In this document: positions 8,542-16,871 of the stretch, one piece after another
How positions within the stretch are numbered: position 1 is the first letter of the stretch
Layout: every line of letters begins with the position of its first letter
Assembly: GCA_050125095.1 (NCBI GenBank)
Contig: JASFEA010000017.1
Coordinates: forward strand, 1-31,762
Reading direction: 5' to 3'
Length of the DNA: 31,762 nucleotides
Source: a bacterium
GTDB taxonomy: Bacteria > Arandabacterota > Arandabacteria > Arandabacterales > JALGWA01
The notes under the pieces: model-generated
The model's input: the letters and a program-made list of their open reading frames with translations, nothing else
What the model was told of the DNA's origin: nothing
Databases searched by the model: none
Program-made: the position numbers and the translations under genes

Positions 8542-11500
8542 CTATAGCGAGATATGCATGTAGGTCCTTATCTCCCACTCGGAACCGTCGTCTGTCGACC
8601 CCGCGCCAGGTTCATACCGATTCGAGTACTGATCGAGCGAACGCCAGAGGCCGCGGAGTCCGATTCGGGTCTGAGACCATCCGAACCAGCGCGGTTCACC
8701 CAGCGAGTAGGACACATCTCCCATGAGGTGCACGGGGAAGGTGAAGTTCCAGTCGCGGTGGTAGTCGTATGGGCCCCAGTCATTGAACCTCGCAAACGCC
8801 TCGAAAGCGGCCGGCCCCCATGTCAGTCGGGCGTCGGCTCCGAAACGATTGATGAACCTGGTCCGCACCGAATCCGGATCATCGGGGGCATAATCCCAAC
8901 CATTGGGCTCGGCTGTCCCGAAATACACATGCGCCACCAAACGTGACCGGGCGGACAGCCTGGAGACCAGCCTGCTTCGCACTTCCCACAGGTCCTTGGC
9001 CGGTGGAGCCCCCCCGAGGCTGCAGATAAAGAGGTTCTGGGATCCCTCATCCTGGCAGAACGCGAGGGCGGCGTCAGCCGTGGTTGGCTGATGCCTGAAG
9101 ACAAATCCCATGCTCAAAGCCAGGCGCGCGTCTTCACGAACGTCATTGTCCCAGGCCCACATCCATGTTGCCGGCGTCGGGTCATAGGTTATCGTCAGCT
9201 CCCCCCCGACTGTCTCCCTGTTGGCGCGCACCGCGAATGGATCATCAAAGGTATTACGGGGCCTTCCGGGAGGGTTGACGAACCCGGGTACCGGTCCCAC
9301 GATGGGTTTCTGCCAGAGGAAGTTGGGCGCAATCTGGAAGTTCCCCACGTCCACCGCAAGCCCCGTCAGGAAGTTGGTCTGGTTGCCCGCATTGCTGTCC
9401 TTGAGGGTCCAGCCGGTATAGGTGGTGGTAGCGGTCGGGCCGCCGTCCGCCACAATGCCGGCGTATGCCGCCTGGGCATACCAGTGCCAGTACCCACGCT
9501 CGACTGCGACTTTGGCCTTGGCGCCGAAAGCATCGGACGCCCTTACCTTGTCTACGAGTATCCTGTAGTTATCCGGCGTCCCCTCATATATCTGGAATTC
9601 CTCGCCCTCCTTGGTGGAGCCTGCCCATAGACCGCCCACCTCTATATCAACGGGTCCCTGCCTGGTCTTGAGATAAAGCGAGGCCCTCCGCGTGGGAGGC
9701 AGCGGGATGGCGCCGGACGAGGTGATTTCTGTCTGCTGCGCGAATTCCTCCTGAAACAGTCCCGCCACTTCGTAATCGCCGAATGTCTTCTGGTATTTCA
9801 GGAAGAGCGACGGATTGGCTCCCCACCAGAGCTGCGGACCGAAGGCCAGCTTGAAGCCCTCGAAGTGCTTCTTTCCAATCAACTCGGCACCAATCGGCGC
9901 ATCGGCGTTGTATATGTCTATGTTCTCGCCGTAAAAGGCCTCCCGGTATATGCCGAAAAAGTCCCCTTCGTATCCCCAGTGGTAATGGCCGGTACGGTAG
10001 AAGCCCTCGAGCCGGAACCACCGGTCGTCCCAGGAGACACCGCCCTGGTAAACCTTCACCCGCTCGATCCCCCGCACCAAAGTGAACTCGCCGTCCTGCA
10101 ACCGGAAATTGTCACCGGCCGACCACAGCAGCCGGGGGACGCCGCGGTTTTCGTAGAATATCTCATCAATCTGGTTCATCCCGACATTGCCGAGGATGTT
10201 GAGTGAGAGGAGGCCGTTGAAGTTCTGGGACGGCTGCACCTCGAAATCCACGTAGAACGACTGCTGGTGGCCGAATCCCAGATAGAGCGGCAGCCCCACC
10301 AGTACATCACCCTCCTGCACTTCACCAGCTTCGGGCGTGACTATGTTCGTGCCCCCGGTGTTGTAGGTTTCAAACTCGGCACGCACATTGGACACGCGCA
10401 CGCGGCTTATGGCGTTTGCGAGCCGGCTGGCTTCGTCGCCCCTCGCCTCAAGCTCTGCCACCACCGGGTCGATTTCGCCGAATTCTTCCCGGATTGTCTC
10501 CAGGTCCGTCTCGGGTGCATACGGGTCAAGCTGGAAAGCGCGTCGCAGAGCATAAAAGGCAGCCCGCGGGTAGACGGCGTATTGACCGGTGAAATCGGGT
10601 GGCCCCTTTGCGGTGATCCCCCACCACTCCTCGTTCATGTTGTTCTCGCCTTCGACGTAGTCTTCGACATAGCCCCCGTTGGGCCACGATGCGTTGGTGT
10701 CGTGGATATCCAGGCGTTCATCCTGCAAGAACTTCCACCAGCCGTCGCTCCACTGGAATATGAAACCGCCGATGGCGTTTCCGACGCGGCCCTTGCCGCT
10801 GGACTGCTCGTAGATCTCCTGCCACTGCCCGAGAAGGTAGCGCGCCTGGGTTATCTGGTCCTCACGCATCTCCCTGGCGTTCCAGGCATCCGCGCCGAAC
10901 TCGGTGAACATGACCGGGATGCCCAGCTTGTCATGGACGACCTGGAAGAGATCTCGGGCGGAGATCCCCCTGTAGACGTTTGTTCCCAGTACGTCCAGGT
11001 TCCTGCACTCTTCGGCTATTATGTCGATATACTGGATATCACCGTTCGAGATGGCTACGGGCCTGTGCGGGTCACGCTCCTTGATCGCCACTGTGATCTC
11101 TTCATAAAGTGAGTAAAGGTACCGGGCCCTCGCCGCCTCGCGCTCGCCCTCCGGCAGTGCCTGAATCTCGAATGATGTCCAGGTAAGGCCGTAGTTGTTC
11201 TCGTTTCCGAGAAGCCACATGAGCACACCCGGCACGCCGTCGAACTCCTCGACCAGGGCCGAGGCCTCTTCAATGAGCACCTGCCGAAGGCGCGGATCCG
11301 AGTAGTCGACCGACGGCATCCAGACGCCGTCGAGCGTGTAGCCATAGCGCGCGACAAGGTGATTGACGACTGTGTAGATGCCGTAACGTTCGTAGATATG
11401 CCGGACCCAGCGGGGCGGTATGCCGGCATACTGCCTTATCGCATTGACTCCCATGTTCTTAAGGAGCGGCATCTCCCTGGACAGCACTTCCTCAATGAAC

Positions 11501-11763
11501 TCGTCCGGCTGGTCCCAGAGATTGTACATGTGGTTCTCGCCGATCGGCATGTAGCCCCAGTTCATGCCGAAGACCATGAAGTCCCTGCCTTCGACCTCAA
11601 GTTTGAGCCCCCCGGGGTCTGTAGCGTCCACGACTACCCGAACGGGGGTCACCGGAGCGGCCGTCGCGGCTGGAACCGGCAGCAGCGCAAGAACTGCTGC
11701 GACCAGGGCCAATGCCGGGAACTTCGGACCGTGCCGGAATATTCCATACGTTTTGAATCTCAA
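8542..11763 (-). CDS. Clan GH-A (GH2/GH158-like) TIM-barrel glycoside hydrolase fused to a predicted outer-membrane beta-barrel, ~1073 aa
   Basis: In-frame TTG 11763 lies 5 nt after GAGGAGG and gives a Sec signal (MRFKTY...LALVAAVLALLPVPAATA). GH-A motifs MGVNAIRQY, WLLGNENNY (acid/base), MFTEFGAD (nucleophile), GGFIFQWSDGWWK. The C-terminal ~620 aa are amphipathic aromatic-rich strands ending WEIRTYMHISL. Confidence 0.75.
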   Translation of the reverse strand: MRFKTYGIFRHGPKFPALALVAAVLALLPVPAATAAPVTPVRVVVDATDPGGLKLEVEGRDFMVFGMNWGYMPIGENHMYNLWDQPDEFIEEVLSREMPLLKNMGVNAIRQYAGIPPRWVRHIYERYGIYTVVNHLVARYGYTLDGVWMPSVDYSDPRLRQVLIEEASALVEEFDGVPGVLMWLLGNENNYGLTWTSFEIQALPEGEREAARARYLYSLYEEITVAIKERDPHRPVAISNGDIQYIDIIAEECRNLDVLGTNVYRGISARDLFQVVHDKLGIPVMFTEFGADAWNAREMREDQITQARYLLGQWQEIYEQSSGKGRVGNAIGGFIFQWSDGWWKFLQDERLDIHDTNASWPNGGYVEDYVEGENNMNEEWWGITAKGPPDFTGQYAVYPRAAFYALRRAFQLDPYAPETDLETIREEFGEIDPVVAELEARGDEASRLANAISRVRVSNVRAEFETYNTGGTNIVTPEAGEVQEGDVLVGLPLYLGFGHQQSFYVDFEVQPSQNFNGLLSLNILGNVGMNQIDEIFYENRGVPRLLWSAGDNFRLQDGEFTLVRGIERVKVYQGGVSWDDRWFRLEGFYRTGHYHWGYEGDFFGIYREAFYGENIDIYNADAPIGAELIGKKHFEGFKLAFGPQLWWGANPSLFLKYQKTFGDYEVAGLFQEEFAQQTEITSSGAIPLPPTRRASLYLKTRQGPVDIEVGGLWAGSTKEGEEFQIYEGTPDNYRILVDKVRASDAFGAKAKVAVERGYWHWYAQAAYAGIVADGGPTATTTYTGWTLKDSNAGNQTNFLTGLAVDVGNFQIAPNFLWQKPIVGPVPGFVNPPGRPRNTFDDPFAVRANRETVGGELTITYDPTPATWMWAWDNDVREDARLALSMGFVFRHQPTTADAALAFCQDEGSQNLFICSLGGAPPAKDLWEVRSRLVSRLSARSRLVAHVYFGTAEPNGWDYAPDDPDSVRTRFINRFGADARLTWGPAAFEAFARFNDWGPYDYHRDWNFTFPVHLMGDVSYSLGEPRWFGWSQTRIGLRGLWRSLDQYSNRYEPGAGSTDDGSEWEIRTYMHISL

Positions 11764-11785
11764 GGGAGCCTCCTCATGTTTTTGG

Positions 11786-13150
11786 CTACGATTCATCGTC
11801 CACGGCATTCGCCGCGACGACATCCCTGTACCAGAACGCGCTGTCCTTGGGGATGCGCTTCTGGCTATCATAATCGACCCAGTATAGGCCGAAGCGTTTG
11901 GTATACCCGTGAGCCCACTCGAAGTTGTCAAGAAGAGACCAGATAAAGTAGCCCCGTAGCGGCACGCCGTCGGCAAGTGCTCGGCGGGCCTCCTTTAAGT
12001 GACTGCGCAGATACTCGACCCGGCGCCGGTCGGCGACGCGGCCGGCTCTATCGGGCCGGTCGGAGTATGCAGCGCCATTCTCAGTAATGTAAATCCTCGA
12101 AGGCGCATACTCGGTCTTGAGCCGAACCAGCGTATCATAGAGCCCTTCCGGGTAGACTTCCCAGCCCATGTCCGTCAGTTTCTCCTCGCTTACAGCGCAG
12201 ATCCCCGTGGGATCTCCACCGTCGCCCGCGCGAACCACTGTGCGGCTGTAATAGTTGAGCCCCAGAAAATCAAGTGGGACCGAAATGGCCTCCATGTCCC
12301 CGCTGCGAACGAAAGGCAACTCGGGTCCTTTGAGGTGCCCGCAGCGTACGCGGTCTGCGATAGTGTCTGCGGGGTACACTCCCCGGAAAATGGGGTCAAG
12401 ATACCAGCGGTTGAAGAATCCGTCGAAGCGGCGCGCCGCCTCGCGGTCGGCGTCACTTTCGGAGGCCGGCCAGCTCGGAGAAAGGTTGAGCACTATGCCG
12501 GCTTCAGCCTCAGGTGCGAACTCTCGCAGAGCGCCCATCGCCTGCCCATGCGATAACAGGACGTGATGCGCCACTCTAAGGGCCTCCGCGGGATCGCGGT
12601 GACCGGGAGCGTGCTCCCCCGACTCATGGCCGAGGGTGGCAATACACCACGGCTCGTTGTGGGTGGCCCAGTGACGTACGCGGTCGCCCAGCCGCCTGAC
12701 TACCGCAGTCGTGTAATGGACGAAGGCCTCGGCGGTATCCCGCTCGCTCCACCCCCCTCTGTCCTGGAGAGCCTGGGGCAGGTCCCAGTGGTAAAGGGTG
12801 ATGAAGGGCTCTATGCCTGCCTCCAGGAGGGCATCCACAAGATTGTCGTAGAAATCCAGGCCCGGTGCGTTCACACGGCCGCGGCCCTTGGGCAGAACCC
12901 GCGGCCATGCTATTGAGAATCTATAGGCGTTGATGCCGAGCTTCTTCATGAGCTCTACATCATCCTTATAGCGGTGGTAGTGATCGCAGGCCACGCTGGC
13001 GTCGGAACCGTCTTCAATACTGCCCGGTGTAGCCTCCAGACGGTCCCAGATGGATTCGCCGCGGCCATCCTCGCCGAACGCGCCCTCTATCTGATGCGCC
13101 GAAGTTGCAACCCCCCATAGGAAATCGTCAGGAAAAACTCGCTCCGGCAT
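11786..13150 (-). CDS. GH1 beta-glucosidase (cytoplasmic)
   Basis: FLWGVATSAHQIEGA, ACDHYHRY, YRFSIAWPR, TLYHWDLP, THNEP, GLNYYS, YITENGAA, WSLLDNFEWAHGY; no signal peptide. Confidence 0.95.
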   Translation of the reverse strand: MPERVFPDDFLWGVATSAHQIEGAFGEDGRGESIWDRLEATPGSIEDGSDASVACDHYHRYKDDVELMKKLGINAYRFSIAWPRVLPKGRGRVNAPGLDFYDNLVDALLEAGIEPFITLYHWDLPQALQDRGGWSERDTAEAFVHYTTAVVRRLGDRVRHWATHNEPWCIATLGHESGEHAPGHRDPAEALRVAHHVLLSHGQAMGALREFAPEAEAGIVLNLSPSWPASESDADREAARRFDGFFNRWYLDPIFRGVYPADTIADRVRCGHLKGPELPFVRSGDMEAISVPLDFLGLNYYSRTVVRAGDGGDPTGICAVSEEKLTDMGWEVYPEGLYDTLVRLKTEYAPSRIYITENGAAYSDRPDRAGRVADRRRVEYLRSHLKEARRALADGVPLRGYFIWSLLDNFEWAHGYTKRFGLYWVDYDSQKRIPKDSAFWYRDVVAANAVDDES

Positions 13151-13156
13151 TGAAGC

Positions 13157-14161
13157 CTACCTCCCGGGCGCCGGGGCGCCCCGGGCATAAAGGTGACATC
13201 GCACGCGGCGGCCGTCCACCTCACAATACGCCGGCTCGCGCGAGCGGCAGATATCGAATGCGTCGGGACAGCGGAAAGCAAACGGACATCCCCCTGACTC
13301 CTCCTCACCGACCGTCTCCACGGCCTCCAGGGGGGGCGGCTCCGCGCCACCGATATCCGCTATTGAGCTGAGCAATGCTCGTGTATAGGGATGAGCCGGT
13401 CTCTCCACAACGGCGTCCCCGGGCCCGTCCTCCACCACCCGCCCCCGGAAGAGAACCAGGATGCGGTCGGCAATATAGCGGGCCGAGGCGAGGTCATGGG
13501 TGATAAGGAGAATCGCAAGCCGCCGCTCACGCTTGAGCCGGGCAAGCAGATTGAGAATGCCCATGCGAATCGAAACATCCAGCATCGAAGTGGGCTCGTC
13601 GGCCACGAGAAGGTCGGGATCAACTGCCAGGGCGCGCGCAATTGCCACACGCTGCCTCTGTCCTCCGGAAAGCTCATAGGGACGCCGATAGACGAACTCC
13701 TCGGCGGGTTCAAGGCCCACTGTCCGCAGTAGCTCAACAGCCCGGGAATGGGCGTCTCTGCGGCTCGCCCTGCCGTGACGAAGCAGGGGCCGGACCAGGT
13801 GATGCTCGATATCGTGCACGGGATTCAGCGAGCCGAATGGATCCTGAAACACCATCTGCACCCGGCCGCGGTAACCAAGCGAAGCCCGCCGCGGCTCGCG
13901 AACCAGCACATCCTCGCCGTCCAATAGGATCTCACCACCGTCCGGTAGTTCGAGCCTCAGAAGGAGCCGCGCGATTGTGCTCTTTCCGCTTCCCGACTCC
14001 CCCACGAGCGCCACCGCCTCACCCCGCTTTATTCGGAAGGAGATGTCGTCCGCGGCTACCACCTTCCGGGTCGCCGCGAAGAGCCCGCCCGATCTGAAGG
14101 TCTTGGTCAGGCCGCGCACTTCAAGAAGGGGCTGGTGGACAAGTGTGGAGTCAGATTGCAA
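13157..14161 (-). CDS. ABC transporter ATP-binding protein (OppF/DppF type)
   Basis: [67 protein letters not shown]; exact start uncertain. Confidence 0.92.
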   Translation of the reverse strand: MQSDSTLVHQPLLEVRGLTKTFRSGGLFAATRKVVAADDISFRIKRGEAVALVGESGSGKSTIARLLLRLELPDGGEILLDGEDVLVREPRRASLGYRGRVQMVFQDPFGSLNPVHDIEHHLVRPLLRHGRASRRDAHSRAVELLRTVGLEPAEEFVYRRPYELSGGQRQRVAIARALAVDPDLLVADEPTSMLDVSIRMGILNLLARLKRERRLAILLITHDLASARYIADRILVLFRGRVVEDGPGDAVVERPAHPYTRALLSSIADIGGAEPPPLEAVETVGEEESGGCPFAFRCPDAFDICRSREPAYCEVDGRRVRCHLYARGAPAPGR

Positions 14162-14204
14162 TCGAAATCCCGTCGGTTAAGAGAATGCAAGCCGTCTGAC
14201 CCTT

Positions 14205-14233
14205 AAGATGACAAACGCACGCGGTATTGTCAA
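14205..14233 (-). promoter_or_regulatory. Putative sigma70 promoter for the OppF-GH1-GH/barrel operon, with internal inverted repeat
   Basis: Minus strand TTGACA (14233-14228), 17 nt, TGn-CATCTT (14210-14205). TGACAA-N12-TTGTCA (14209-14232) spans the promoter. Confidence 0.55.
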
Positions 14234-14282
14234 GGACGGCAAAACGTCCGTGAATTGCTGGCCTTTTGCGTAGGCGGTTTGC

Positions 14283-14311
14283 TTGATTTCGCCCTGCGAA
14301 TGTGGTATTAT
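14283..14311 (+). promoter_or_regulatory. Putative sigma70 promoter for the secreted CBM/GH16 genes
   Basis: TTGATT (14283-14288), 17 nt, TGG-TATTAT (14306-14311). Confidence 0.55.
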
Positions 14312-14382
14312 CCAACAGGTGGAGGGCCGTGTTACATGGTCCGACGACGGAGCGGGCTGCTCTATTGTACCGGTTAATTGCG

Positions 14383-15990
14383 ATGCTAGGCAAAGTACCA
14401 TACTTCGCGGTCTTGATCCTGCTTCTTTCCTGCGTGGTGGGGACCTACGACGCTCTCGGCGGGTGCATGCTCGCCAACCCCAGCTTTGAGATCGGAGATT
14501 CGGGCGCGAACGTATTCGGCGGCTGGAATCAGTTCGGGTCGGTGGGCTCGACTTCAGAGGCCACCCACGGTTCTGTTGCCGCAAGAGTGTCCGGCCCCGA
14601 TTACGGCGGCTGGGACGTATCGGGCTACTGGCAGAGCCTGGACACCGCACCCGGTGATCGCTGGGCTGCCTCGGTTCGCGGATGGCACACCGCAACCAAT
14701 CCACTAACCGGCCAGTCAAAAGCGATTCTTAACATAGAGTGGCGTGACGCCGCGGGTTCGATGATCAGCTTCGAGTCTCACACGGTTGCGGACGCGTCCA
14801 CACCTGTGGACGAAGTGCAGCACTTCCAGGTGGAAAGCGGCCCGGCTCCTTCGGGAACGGTGACCGCGCACTTCCTGCTTGGTGTGCTGCAGGCCCCGGG
14901 TGAACCGGCGCCGGATGTCTATTACGACGAGGCCACTTTCGATAACCTGGGCCCGCCCACTCTAAACGACCTACAGTGGTCGGATTTTCCCGGCGGACGG
15001 ACCTTGAACTTCAGCGGCCTGACCTGGAGAGTCAAGGGCCCTGGGTGGTACGGCCCCGGGCCGAGCCTTTTCTGCGACGACCCGGGCTGCGTCTGGGTGG
15101 ACGGCGACGGCCGCCTCCACATGACTATTCAGAACATCGGCGGATCCTGGTACAGCACAGAGGTGGTGCCCGAAGAAGCGCTCGGATACGGCGACTACGT
15201 CTTCACGACGCTGGGGCGGCTGGACAACCTCGACGTCCACACAGTGCTCGGCATCTTCATCTGGCAGTATGGAGCGTGCTGGGCTCCTGAATACTTGTGG
15301 TGGAACCCTTATAACGAAATAGACATCGAGTACAGCCGCTGGGGTGATCCTGGTAACGAGGTGGGCCAATTCGTCGCCCAGCCCTATGACTGGCCCGGCA
15401 ACATTGACCGCTTCGAAGCCGCGTTCAGCGACGGGGAGCTTACGAGCCATGCCTTCCGCTGGCTTCGCGACCGGGTGGAATTCAGAGCCTGGCGCGGAGG
15501 GCCCCAGGACGAGGCGCTGGGAGACTACATCCATACATGGACCTATACCGGACCGCACATACCGCGGCCCGAGCAGCCGCGGGTGCACATCAACCTGTGG
15601 CAGTTCAGCGGCCCGCCGAGCACGTACCAGGAAGTCGTATTCGACCAATTCACATTCGTACCCGGAGACGGGGCGGCCGGAATTCCAATTCCAACGGAAG
15701 TCCAGGTGCCTGAAGGGGAGAGCCTCTCGGCTGCCTGGCCCAACCCGTTTAGCCCAAAGACAACCATAACCTATTCAATGAGGAAAGGAGGCCATGTAGA
15801 GATCCTTGTCATTGACGTGCTTGGACGGCGAATTCGGACTCTCGCCAGTGAGTTCGTCCAGGCCGGGGAACACGATGTCGTATGGAATGGGCGCGACGAC
15901 TCGGGCGAGCGGGTCGCACCCGGCGTATATCTATACAGATTCAGCACAGACGATGCCGTGGAAACAAGGAAGTTGGTATTGTTGAAGTAG
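14383..15990 (+). CDS. Secreted modular protein: CBM-like module, GH16-like domain (ExDxE), FlgD/T9SS-like C-terminal domain
   Basis: Signal MLGKVPYFAVLILLLSCVVG; LANPSFE...YYDEATF module; FSGLTWRVK, VWVDGDGRLHM, LGYGDY, YNEIDIEYSRWG, VHINLW; tail WPNPFSPKTTITY...VWNGRDDSG..APGVYLYR...ETRKLVLLK. Confidence 0.8.
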   Translation: MLGKVPYFAVLILLLSCVVGTYDALGGCMLANPSFEIGDSGANVFGGWNQFGSVGSTSEATHGSVAARVSGPDYGGWDVSGYWQSLDTAPGDRWAASVRGWHTATNPLTGQSKAILNIEWRDAAGSMISFESHTVADASTPVDEVQHFQVESGPAPSGTVTAHFLLGVLQAPGEPAPDVYYDEATFDNLGPPTLNDLQWSDFPGGRTLNFSGLTWRVKGPGWYGPGPSLFCDDPGCVWVDGDGRLHMTIQNIGGSWYSTEVVPEEALGYGDYVFTTLGRLDNLDVHTVLGIFIWQYGACWAPEYLWWNPYNEIDIEYSRWGDPGNEVGQFVAQPYDWPGNIDRFEAAFSDGELTSHAFRWLRDRVEFRAWRGGPQDEALGDYIHTWTYTGPHIPRPEQPRVHINLWQFSGPPSTYQEVVFDQFTFVPGDGAAGIPIPTEVQVPEGESLSAAWPNPFSPKTTITYSMRKGGHVEILVIDVLGRRIRTLASEFVQAGEHDVVWNGRDDSGERVAPGVYLYRFSTDDAVETRKLVLLK

Positions 15991-16043
15991 TTTCCCGGAT
16001 CCACCCGGCAGTGAATCGGTTCACCGCCCGGCAGCCGGGGAAA
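15991..16043 (+). other. Intergenic stem-loop
   Basis: TTTCCCGG...CCGGGGAAA outer stem with inner GTGAA-TCGG-TTCAC, between the stop at 15990 and the GAGGAG RBS of the next gene. Confidence 0.4.
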
Positions 16044-16066
16044 ACAGGTACAGAGGAGGAAAGACA

Positions 16067-16702
16067 ATGCAGTCTAGCTATCGTATTGTAACTCTCATGT
16101 GCGCCTGCCTGTTGCTCATAGCGACGGCGGCGGCGGCCAATTTACTGGTCAACCCCGGGTTCGAGGGCGGTGATGGTCTCCCGGGCTGGGGGGTCTTCGG
16201 AAATGCCTATGCTGAAGACCGGATTCCGGAAGAGCCCGGCAACATCGAGCCCTATGAGGGCGACTGGCTCTGCAAGATGTTCGGTAACTTCTGGTGTGAG
16301 AACTGCTTCAACGTCACCGGCATCTTCCAGGAGTTCCCGACCTGCGAGGGCGACGAGTGGACGTTCTCATGCAAGTCAAGGCACACGGGCTACGACCCCA
16401 TGCAGAGTCCCAATTGGATGGTTCAGAAGATAGCCTGGTTCGATGCGGGCGGCAATGAGATAAGCGGGGTCGAGTCGATGATTCTGGACGCCTCGTATCC
16501 AATCGACACCTGGTTTGACAATGCGCCCGTAGTCGGCATCGCTCCGGCCGGCGCGGTCAAGATGCAGGCGCTGATTCTGTTCCTCCAGCCTTCGTTGGAA
16601 GGCGGCGCGGGTCAGGTCGACAATGCCGAGCTGCTCTACATCGGCGGGCCTTCGGCCAATGAGGTTTCGACCTGGGGCCAGATCAAGTCGCTTTACAGGT
16701 AG
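16067..16702 (+). CDS. Small secreted single-CBM-like protein with C-terminal STWGQIKSLYR tail
   Basis: RBS GAGGAG; signal ending AAAA; NLLVNPGFE...GWGVFGN...TGIFQEF...APAGA...QVDNAEL module homologous to both neighbours. Confidence 0.8.
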   Translation: MQSSYRIVTLMCACLLLIATAAAANLLVNPGFEGGDGLPGWGVFGNAYAEDRIPEEPGNIEPYEGDWLCKMFGNFWCENCFNVTGIFQEFPTCEGDEWTFSCKSRHTGYDPMQSPNWMVQKIAWFDAGGNEISGVESMILDASYPIDTWFDNAPVVGIAPAGAVKMQALILFLQPSLEGGAGQVDNAELLYIGGPSANEVSTWGQIKSLYR

Positions 16703-16871
16703 TCAATCTAGCGGGAAGACGGGCATTGCGACAAATGGCACTTGGGTTTGTCTAGCTGAAAGAGGTTGTGAACCTATGGTGGGCCAAGTAGCCGGCGCCT
16801 GCTGACACAGGGTGGCCTCGCCTGGTCTGCGCACTTGTCGGCGTGGTGACTCGTCATCCAGGAGGTTAAGA

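Noticed and set aside
11764-11976. N-terminal 71-aa extension of the GH-barrel ORF
   Set aside because: Overlaps the GH1 gene; a strong RBS and signal peptide point to TTG 11763.
8524-14200. Invertible phase-variation switch
   Set aside because: No matching inverted repeats at the boundaries and no recombinase; the segment has its own promoter.
16703-16871. Riboswitch or sigma54 promoter in the 169-bp gap; GGTTGTGAAC shared with the 27775 hairpin
   Set aside because: TGGCAC lacks GC at the required spacing, no riboswitch consensus was recognised, and a single 10-mer match can arise by chance.
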